DNA from: Setoptus koraiensis
Taxonomy: Eukaryota; Animalia; Arthropoda
DNA: 64,000 nt
NCBI GenBank assembly: GCA_048013815.1
Contig: CM106586.1
Coordinates: forward strand, 124,001 to 188,000
Reading direction: 5' to 3'
Below the pieces are notes generated by a model that was not told the origin of the DNA, searched no databases, and saw only the letters and a program-made list of their open reading frames with translations. Made by a program: the position numbers and the translations under genes. Of the stretch, positions 39,411-47,942 are shown piece after piece; positions within the stretch are counted from its first letter, which is position 1; each line of letters opens with the position of its first letter.

Positions 39411-42400
39411 ATGTCCGACGCCGGTAGTGATAGTGAGAGAGAGGACCAAGAGGAGCTCCGCAACCCCCACCTACACAGAGGTGGTACCATCCTGCAGATT
39501 AAACTTATTAATTTCATGTGCCACTCATCATTCGAAATAGAATTTGGACCAAAAGTCAATTTTGTAATTGGACCGAATGGAAGCGGAAAAAGTGCCATCC
39601 TCACAGCGCTCGTGGTAGCCTTCGGGGCTCGAGCTGCTGTGACAAGTAGAGCAAAAAAAATGGCCGATTTTATCAAATATGGTGAAGAAACCGCCCGAGT
39701 TATTGTAAAATTACACAATTACAATGATATAACAGATAAGGATTGTGGTTACAAACCCAGGGAATATGGTAATTTCATTATTATTGAAAGAGTCATCAGT
39801 AAAAACGACTCGACAAGATTGCTTATAAAGAGTGACAAAGGAAAAATTTTGTCAGAAAAAGTGGGCGAACTGAAGGCTATTCTGGAGCATTTCCGTATTC
39901 AAGTAGAGAACCCCGTTTGCATTCTCAATCAAGAGGTCTCAAAAACCTTCCTCCACTCTAAAAGACCAGAGGATAAATTTGATTTATTCATGAAAGCGAC
40001 ACTTCTCGAACAAATTCTCAATGACTACCAAACTTCGCAAGATAGATTTGTCGGGTGGAAGAATTTAAGTGACGAAAAGAAAAGCGCATGGAAAAAGCTC
40101 AAAGAAGAAAAAGATGTTGTCACGGCCAAGATCGAAGGTATTAAAAAGCGAGATTCTCTTGTCCAAGATAGAGAAAACTTGCGCAATGAATTGATGTGGT
40201 CAGGCCTTACTAATTTTCAAGCTAAAGAAGAATCTACAACCGAAACCATTACAGCTATCGAGGCTGATATTTCCAAGATTGAAGAGAACATGGAAAAGAA
40301 ACACGACAAAGTTGGAAAACTTGAGGAGGAAATTCGGTTGACCAGCATAGAGAAGGGTGCTGAAAATGAGAAAAGACTCGGCATAAGAAAAATGAAAACA
40401 GATAACCATATAGCCTTGACCGATCACCGCAACGAACGAAGACTCATTGAGGGTGATTTGCGGAGAAGAGAAATGGAACTCAAAACCCTTGTTCGGGATG
40501 AGAAGGAACTCGAAACTAAGATCAAGCAGTTACAATCTCAGTCTAATGACAAACAATCAAAAGAGAACGAAAGAAAAGTAAGAATGAAAAGAATTGTCAG
40601 TCTGGAGAGCGATATCCAGGAATTGAAGGATAGAGAGGCATCAACAAGGACACAAGCAAAACACTTAACACAGTCTCTGGCTCAGCTTCGTGCAGAATTG
40701 GGTGCAGAGAATTCTAAAAAGATGGACGAGAACACAAAATTAGGAAGAATTCAATCAGACTTGAACAGATTTACGAATGGAAAAGAGAATTCTCTGCGAA
40801 AATTTGGTGACAATGTGATTGAGATACGCAGAGAAATCGACAAACTCTTCTCACAGAAAAAGTTCAAACACAAACCAATCGGACCTCTAGGTCATTATAT
40901 TAAATTGAAGAACAAAGATGTCGCCATTGCTCTGGAAGTGCACCTCAAAGGTTCTTTGTTTGCTTTCACTTGTGATAATATGGGCGATATGCAGGTTTTC
41001 AACCAAATGATACGAAAATCATTTCCGAGCATTTCCAAGCCACCGCAAGTGATAGTTCGCTCATACGCGCAGCGTCATGACATAGCCAGATATAAAACGC
41101 AACATCTCGATTACGATACGTTTATCGACATTGTTGAAATTGAAAATGATGCTGTATTCAATGTCCTTGTTGATACCAAATATCTAGAAAGCGTCCTTTA
41201 CATTCCCAGGTACGAGGAAGCCGAAAATTTGATGATGAACCAGCGCCTTATACCCAAGAACTGCAGATGTGCCTACACAAAGGACGGAAGTGTTATGCAT
41301 CCAAGTCCCGCTTATCGCAGTTACGCCAACGATGGGCGCCGTCCCATGGTTTTTGTCGAAAATGCGGATGATCAAATTCGGGAGCTTGAAGAAGAAAGAA
41401 AATCACTACAGATAGCTTATCAAGATACATGCAATCGATGCAAGAAACTCTCTGACGAACATATAGCAATGAAAAACGAGTTGGAGCGACATGAAAAACT
41501 GTTGAAATCAATTGTAGATTCCATAAAGTCATCAGAGCTTGAGTTAATCGATTTAAAACACGTGATAGATGATAGACCAGTCGAGATAACGTGCTTCGAA
41601 GATGAGCTGAACAAAACAATTAACAATGTGGCCAAACTGAAACCTTTGATATCAGATATAAAAGCTAACGTAGAGCGGATCACGCAAAAGATGAAAGATT
41701 CGGAGGCTCGAGAGAAGGAATTGCTAGCTGAGGAGCATGCTTGCGATAAAAAGATGCGGGAGTTTGATGATCAAATTGAAAAATCAAAAACACTCATAAA
41801 AACTAACAAGAGCGCCATACAAGAATTAGAAAGTAGCAAGAAAGAGAAGAAAGAGAAGCTGGACATTAAACGACAAGATTTAGAGGACGTTCTTCAAAAG
41901 ATTGCAGAAATCACGAAAAATTTAGAGCAACGTGCGAAAGTACACAAACCCAGGTCAGTAGAAGTAGTTACGAGGGAACTGAAGAAGGTAGAAATTCTTC
42001 TAGAGCAGCGAGAAGAATACGAAGACCCAGAAAAAGAGATGATAAATCTTCAAGAGCGCCTGGTTGAGATAGATCAAGTCGAAGTCAAGATGAATAAAAC
42101 AGAGGAAAATGTCAAGTCATTCAATCGATCTCTCAAAGTTCGCAAGGCAGGATTCAACAATCTGCGTAACCACACAATATCAAAACTGAGCACAACATTC
42201 TCGTCGGTCATGGACACCATGAACATGCGTGGTGAGCTTCTTATTTATGTTGAACCTCTTCTTGGTCCGAACAAACAAATCTTGAAAAAAGCAAACACAC
42301 TGGAAATCCGAGTTGATACCAGTTATGATAATAATGGATCTCAGTTGTCACAACCACTCCCTCAGACATCAGCAAAGAGAACGTCAAGAAACCTCAACAG

Positions 42401-42746
42401 GTCTCTCACTCAAGTGACACAGCCGATTAATGCAACTAATAGTCAAGGCCCTAGCCAGCACATGTCAGACACTAGATCTTTATCTGGTGGAGAGAGGTCA
42501 TTTTCTACTGTTGCCTTCGTGCTGGCACTGTGGAAGCATTGTGCTGCCCCTTTCAAGTTATTGGACGAAATCGATGTATTCATGGATATGGTTACTCGTC
42601 GAATAAGCTACAACGCCCTCATTAATTTTGCTATACTGGAAAAGGAAAACACCGGTCAATTTATTTTTTTCTCTCCATTGGAGCTTCCCAAAATCCAAGA
42701 CTCAACTCTGGTTCGCGTTTTTGAAATGGCACCACCGCACCGATGA
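39411..42746 (+). CDS. SMC6: Structural maintenance of chromosomes protein 6 (intronless, ~1111 aa)
   Basis: ATG at 39411 (MSDAGSDSE). Walker A GPNGSGKS, long coiled coils flanking a hinge, signature LSGGERSFSTVAF, and Walker B/D-loop LLDEIDVFMD. The N-terminal NFMCH and C-terminal GERSF-LW-PF-LDE-DVFMD pattern is SMC6-type. Confidence 0.95.
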   Translation: MSDAGSDSEREDQEELRNPHLHRGGTILQIKLINFMCHSSFEIEFGPKVNFVIGPNGSGKSAILTALVVAFGARAAVTSRAKKMADFIKYGEETARVIVKLHNYNDITDKDCGYKPREYGNFIIIERVISKNDSTRLLIKSDKGKILSEKVGELKAILEHFRIQVENPVCILNQEVSKTFLHSKRPEDKFDLFMKATLLEQILNDYQTSQDRFVGWKNLSDEKKSAWKKLKEEKDVVTAKIEGIKKRDSLVQDRENLRNELMWSGLTNFQAKEESTTETITAIEADISKIEENMEKKHDKVGKLEEEIRLTSIEKGAENEKRLGIRKMKTDNHIALTDHRNERRLIEGDLRRREMELKTLVRDEKELETKIKQLQSQSNDKQSKENERKVRMKRIVSLESDIQELKDREASTRTQAKHLTQSLAQLRAELGAENSKKMDENTKLGRIQSDLNRFTNGKENSLRKFGDNVIEIRREIDKLFSQKKFKHKPIGPLGHYIKLKNKDVAIALEVHLKGSLFAFTCDNMGDMQVFNQMIRKSFPSISKPPQVIVRSYAQRHDIARYKTQHLDYDTFIDIVEIENDAVFNVLVDTKYLESVLYIPRYEEAENLMMNQRLIPKNCRCAYTKDGSVMHPSPAYRSYANDGRRPMVFVENADDQIRELEEERKSLQIAYQDTCNRCKKLSDEHIAMKNELERHEKLLKSIVDSIKSSELELIDLKHVIDDRPVEITCFEDELNKTINNVAKLKPLISDIKANVERITQKMKDSEAREKELLAEEHACDKKMREFDDQIEKSKTLIKTNKSAIQELESSKKEKKEKLDIKRQDLEDVLQKIAEITKNLEQRAKVHKPRSVEVVTRELKKVEILLEQREEYEDPEKEMINLQERLVEIDQVEVKMNKTEENVKSFNRSLKVRKAGFNNLRNHTISKLSTTFSSVMDTMNMRGELLIYVEPLLGPNKQILKKANTLEIRVDTSYDNNGSQLSQPLPQTSAKRTSRNLNRSLTQVTQPINATNSQGPSQHMSDTRSLSGGERSFSTVAFVLALWKHCAAPFKLLDEIDVFMDMVTRRISYNALINFAILEKENTGQFIFFSPLELPKIQDSTLVRVFEMAPPHR

Positions 42747-43262
42747 TTCCATTCTTTGACACTCAGTGACATTACCAAAGAATTATCGGTTTTACGGTTT
42801 GAAAGCGACAGGTTGCGTTCAATTGTGATTGATGAATGGTGTAACAATTAAAATTAGCTAACAAAATCCATCGGCACAGCTACCACCCTCTCTCTTTCTC
42901 TCTGGTGTTCAGTTTACTCGATAGTTTTCAAGTTACCAGCATGTGTAGAGATGCTCGCTCAGATCTACTCGAACTCTTCTCTGTCGAGGTTGAATTCGAT
43001 TGTAAATAGTTGAAATTCTCTTAGATGGTTTTGATGTCAAGTTTTCGTCGTCTCGTATTGTCTACTTGCACTTCTAGACAATTTGTCTTTTTGATCTTCA
43101 ACAACAACAGCTTGACAACACTAACAACAATACCACCAAGAGTTGTAACTGTACTCTACAATTAATCTCTCTTGCTACTTAATTCATGGTAAATTTTATA
43201 CCAAGTTAGTATACAACATCTCATGTAGTGCAGTAGTCAGTTGTGTGTGTGTGTGTCATAGT

Positions 43263-43874
43263 ATGGAAGTATCTCAATTCATGATGAATCCCTCTAAGCT
43301 GACCATGTTGTATCGATACACTTTGTTTACCTTAGTGTTGAGAGTTTGCTTCATGCAAATTGCAGGATGTTCTTTCTTAAGTTCTCGCAGTCAAAACAAC
43401 AATATCTCTCAAATTTATCCATCGTTTATCCAAAACATACCCATCAAACCAGCTGTGGGTGACACTAATCAAGTTTTGCACCACAGCTTGGCCCTCCTTA
43501 ATGACCACCAATATACTATAGTCACTGCAAACTTAAAAGTGGCCAATAATGATATAAGATCAACATCACAAGTTAAAAAATATGTCAAGAGAAGCGCGGT
43601 TCCAGTAAAGCCGATTGTGAAAAAACAGTCGACCCAACTAGATATGGCTTCATCATTGTTTTCTCGGCCCATCATCATAATTAGATACCCCCCGAAACCA
43701 AAGAAGAAGGTGAAGAAAAAGAAGAAGAAAAAGAAAAAGAAGAAGACTTTCAAGAGTGAATATGAAGAGTTTTTCTCCGAAGTTAAAGAGAAAGGCAAAA
43801 AGAAAAAGAAGAAACACAAGAAGTCTAAGAAGAAGAAGGAAAAGAAAGAAAAAAAGAAGAGCGATGATTGGTGA
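43263..43874 (+). CDS. Orphan putative secreted protein with poly-lysine C-terminus (~203 aa)
   Basis: ATG at 43263. N-terminal hydrophobic segment (LYRYTLFTLVLRVCFMQIAG), dibasic VKR|SA site, then PIIIIRYPP and two Lys runs separated by SEYEEFFSE. Lys codons mix AAG and AAA, consistent with a coding tract rather than a poly-A run. Confidence 0.65.
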   Translation: MEVSQFMMNPSKLTMLYRYTLFTLVLRVCFMQIAGCSFLSSRSQNNNISQIYPSFIQNIPIKPAVGDTNQVLHHSLALLNDHQYTIVTANLKVANNDIRSTSQVKKYVKRSAVPVKPIVKKQSTQLDMASSLFSRPIIIIRYPPKPKKKVKKKKKKKKKKKTFKSEYEEFFSEVKEKGKKKKKKHKKSKKKKEKKEKKKSDDW

Positions 43875-44082
43875 TATCAGTTAAAAATTGTTGAAACAGT
43901 ATTGCAAATAAATTTTGAGTTGTTAAATAATTTTGTCAGTCTACCTGAATTTTCTAAACTGTATCTGTTTATTTGAAAAATAGCAAAAGGACAAATGTTG
44001 GGAGAGTAAAATGAATCATACAGATGAATGATAAGATGAAAGTTTGTCTAATTTGACATGTCTAGCGACCTCATCGGATAAT

Positions 44083-45551
44083 TTATGAGTCACGTCTATA
44101 GATCTTCTCGGTATTAATTTCCTCGTATATATTTGAATCTACATCTTGGTATTGCGGGTCATTTGGTACTCGGACTGGAGATCGAGGAACCTGGTAATTG
44201 TTGTTTGGCACTGGGTCTGGTACATTACAGTGTATAGGAATTTGTTCTAATTTATCAAATTCAGAATAAAGATTCTCTTGTGCTTCCTTCTTACTAGTCA
44301 TAAGATTGTATTCAACTTTTGGATCGACCAAATAATGGGCTTTCTTCGGACTTGGACCTGACATCGGGCCATCAGTTCTTCTAGACGACTCTTTGCCAAA
44401 GGCTGCTCTCGAAGCCGACAGAAAACTTTGATTTTTACAAGGAAAAGAGTCACTAGATACTACTGGAGGCACCGGTGTCTGATTGAGATCAGAGGAATCT
44501 ATTGTAGTATCATTTAAAGAATATACGGGATTCTCGAAGTGTCCCGATCTTGAAGTATCCACTGAGCCACCACTCGATGAAGAATAGGTGACGTAGTAAA
44601 GATCCTCACGGGCAGCTTTTAGTTTCCTTTTATAACTCAAAAAAAGAAGTAACATTCCAAATAATAGCACTGTTAGGAGTAAATTAATACCCACATGGGT
44701 GGCGACTATTCGAGCCGTGTTTCCCTCTACCACCTCTGAGCGATCTACGACAATCTCGGCAGTTGATGGATCGGCGCTGCGTGATGAAGTGTGCGCATAA
44801 TTACCATGTAGAATAACTACGTCGCCTGAAGGTTTGCATCCAGTTTCACGCGAACAGCGTTCGGAGCAGTCGCTACCTGTCCAGCCAACACTACAGACGC
44901 ACGTTCCGGAATTCGCGTCACAGAATCCGTTTGACGAACAATTGCATTCTAATTCACAATTACTGCCCCAACGATTGGTAGATTTGCACGTGAATCGATT
45001 ACATGTCGGACCGGACCATCCTGGTGCGCTTTCTGAAGGGCCCAAGTGGCAACGACATACTTCTGGCTTGAAACAATCTCCATGTATGCATGCATTGCTG
45101 CAAACAGGTACACAGTTCTTTTCTTGATCCTCAGAAAATCCCTCGCAACAAGCGAGTTTTGTCAAGTTGACCGACCTCTGCTCATATTTATGCGATGGAA
45201 TTGTTACTTTTCTTTTTTTAGTGCATCCAATAATACCACCGACGCATGTACTAGATACGTCTTTTTCATATGTTGTGTCGGTAGGCACCTTAATGGCTTT
45301 AACATGGCTATGCGTGCAAGGTAAAAAAAGGATAAAATTGTGAATTTTAAAAAATGAAAAAAATGAAAATCAGTGACCGATTAGCAATGAAATTGTTATG
45401 TATATCGATAAAGTTGAAATACTCACACTTCTGTTTTGTTACAGACATTCGGACTATCCGGTCTCGGTTCGGCAGCTACAGATATAAATTGGAATGCAAA
45501 ATAGACTAAATATATGATGTTGATTGAATCAAACATTTTCGATGGTGACAT
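44083..45551 (-). CDS. drpr: Short Draper/CED-1/MEGF10-like receptor (EMI + few EGF repeats + TM + NPxY/Yxx-hydrophobic tail), 2 exons, ~449 aa
   Basis: Exon 1 45551-45427 encodes MSPSKMFDSINIIYLVYFAFQFISVAAEPRPDSPNVCNKTEV (signal peptide + PNVC), donor GTGAGT. A 119-nt intron ending ATAG joins in phase 2 to exon 2 45307-44083. EMI CCEGF motif, CVPVCSNACIHGDCFKPEVCRC, laminin-type EGF CNCSSNGFCDANSGTCVCSVGWTGSDC, TM INLLLTVLLFGMLLLFLSY, cytoplasmic FENPVY, NLYSEF, NIYEEI. Orthology to Draper rather than another Nimrod-family gene is inferred. Confidence 0.8.
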
Positions 45552-46799
45552 GGTTTTTTCTCAGATTGAAATTTGCTAAAACAAAAAAAAAATAGAACAT
45601 AAAACAAAATAAAATATCGCCCTGTTTTCATATGTGTGAAGGACAATCAATTAAGTAGTGCTGTGGGCAATGTTGTTAAATGCATCGATGAGGGTTTCGT
45701 ATGTGTAAAGGACGATCAATTAAGTGATGTAATAAGCAATGTTGTTTAATGCATCAATGTGGATCCAATGGCGTGACGGTGCTGATATTATTGTGAGCCT
45801 CAAGTTTAGTAAGCGCCTTTCGAACGTTAATTACTTATACAAACACTGGATCATGTTTTATATTTGTATGATAGTGATAGCATCTCTCCTTACTATGATC
45901 TTGTCATATCAATATGATCGCCTAAATAAATTGATCTGAGATCTCTTCCTGCTGAGGACATATATGAAATAATTTGATAATGTAAGATCTTGATACAAAA
46001 GCAATCAGTAATAATGAGTAGTAGAATAATGAGTAGTAGAATTACTGGTTGGCGTTTGTTTACACTATGACTAAATAACTCAATTAGATGTACTATATAG
46101 TGTACGCCTGTAATAAAGGAGGCAGTTCATATTGCTCCGTTGTAGTTGGTGCTGCGTCTATGTTGTTGTTATTGTTGTTGTTGTTTTTTTTCTACTCCCA
46201 TGATTGAACTTGATTTTGTGTGCTCTATCCACTAGAGGCGCGCACAGCGCCATGGAATGCATTATGATGGTTGGAAGTGTTTTGCTACAAGTTCCAGTAT
46301 GAAATGATCTCATTTGTGTCGGCTACGACATAGAAATCAAGAGAGCTGACTTGACAAGATTACAAGCCTTAGCATCTTGCATTGCGTTGCTCTAACAGGT
46401 TTACCCAGTATTCGCAATGAGATGTAGTTTACGCGCGTGTATTGCATCACATCCACATGAGTAATCAATATATTCAATCCAGGCTGACTCATGGCTTATG
46501 AGTCACCATTACGGGAATGAAGAAAATTCTTGGAGGGAGAGATGTATCTCCCCATTCGATCAATACTTACTAGTGTTTCGAGGATATGGGAGATATTTTT
46601 ACCGAGGGGAGACGGATCTACCTGAAACACTGACACTTGAAAACCTTTCAAACTTCCCGCTAAACCCAAACTATAGATGATGGTTTTGCAAATTCAATCA
46701 CTTGATGAATATAACATCGACATCTTCGCATTGTATATATCCCATATATTCTTTCTAATACTTTCATTCAATTCTGATCTCAAGCAACAATTGGCTGGC

Positions 46800-47879
46800 A
46801 TGTCTAACTACTTTGAGGCCGTTACAGCAAAGACGGTTAAGTCAGGCAAAGTGTTTGATGGCAGCGATTGCAATCTAGAGAATCTACCTCAATATTTGGA
46901 ACAAGAGAACACAAATATCATAAACAAACGTGGCAAAGTCATCAAGTTTGAGCATGGACATCGGGTTCGCAAACTGTATAGAAAATGGTGGAAAAAGATC
47001 TCACAAGGCTACAATATTATTGTCCAAGGTATGGGATCCAAGAAACGACTACTGGACAGATTCTCATGTCGGTTCTTGTCACGTGAAGATATGACTTTGG
47101 TCCGCGTTCATGGAATGGAGCATGTTTCTGAACAAGTCTTTGCCAACAGGGTATTCAAACTTGACGCTCAAACTACATTGAGTCAAGAGAATTTGATTGA
47201 ATATACAAACTCACTTTCAGATTGCAACCACGTTTATTTTATTATTCATTGTTTGGAGGAATTCTACAAGAACAGCAAAAAAGTTTGTGAAGTTATCTTT
47301 GAATTGATTAAATTGGCACCTAACTTTGTTCATTTGGTGGCGAGCTCTAATCATATCAATGGCGGGATGCTGACATCTTATTATAAATTGCAACTGAATC
47401 TTATATTCTTCCCTCGTAAGACCTGGAGGTCTTACTTTTTTGAGAGATGTCGTTCCTCGACTACTACTCAATCAAATAACGGCATCGTCAAAGATATGCT
47501 GATCCAGAACGAGTTTACATTGTCGTCTCTTCAGTCGACCTATTCCGCCCTTCAAGACAACAACCAAAAAATAATGACGTTTATCTTGCGGCACTTTGTT
47601 GAAGCCGAAGAAATACAACTCGAGGACAGAGCAACTAGAAGCAAAAAGTCTAAAGGACCAAGGAAATTGATGTTTCAAACTTTGTTCAAATATACCGAGA
47701 GCGAATTTATAGTTAGACGCCAAACTCAGTTACGTCAGTATTTAGAAGAGCTGGTAGATCACAATATTATTTCAACTGAAGGACAATCTAAAACTGAAGC
47801 AAGCATGATATTACAAGTTCCTATCGAAATAGCAAGAAAATTCTTAGAAGAAATTTCCTCGTTAAACAATGAATCATAA
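46800..47879 (+). CDS. ORC2: Origin recognition complex subunit 2 (divergent, intronless, ~359 aa)
   Basis: ORC2 motifs WWKKISQGYNIIVQGMGSKKRLLDRF, HLVASSNHIN, LSSLQSTYSALQDN, and C-terminal winged helix FQTLFKYTESEFIV..QLRQYLEELVDHNII. Likely ATG is 46800; an upstream in-frame ATG exists at 46677. Confidence 0.85.
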   Translation: MSNYFEAVTAKTVKSGKVFDGSDCNLENLPQYLEQENTNIINKRGKVIKFEHGHRVRKLYRKWWKKISQGYNIIVQGMGSKKRLLDRFSCRFLSREDMTLVRVHGMEHVSEQVFANRVFKLDAQTTLSQENLIEYTNSLSDCNHVYFIIHCLEEFYKNSKKVCEVIFELIKLAPNFVHLVASSNHINGGMLTSYYKLQLNLIFFPRKTWRSYFFERCRSSTTTQSNNGIVKDMLIQNEFTLSSLQSTYSALQDNNQKIMTFILRHFVEAEEIQLEDRATRSKKSKGPRKLMFQTLFKYTESEFIVRRQTQLRQYLEELVDHNIISTEGQSKTEASMILQVPIEIARKFLEEISSLNNES

Positions 47880-47942
47880 TAACAAAACAATTAAAATAAA
47901 TACATGTACATATATTAGCAATAATACAAAACATCTTCCTAT

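Noticed and set aside
45403-45410. DRE motif TATCGATA
   Set aside because: Single 8-mer inside an intron; expected by chance in AT-rich 64 kb.
46250-46680. Short frames resembling Ulp1 (DIEIKRADLTRL) or GIY-YIG (YLLVFRGYGRYFYRGET)
   Set aside because: Matches are only a few residues, interrupted by stops and lacking catalytic motifs; a profile search would be needed.
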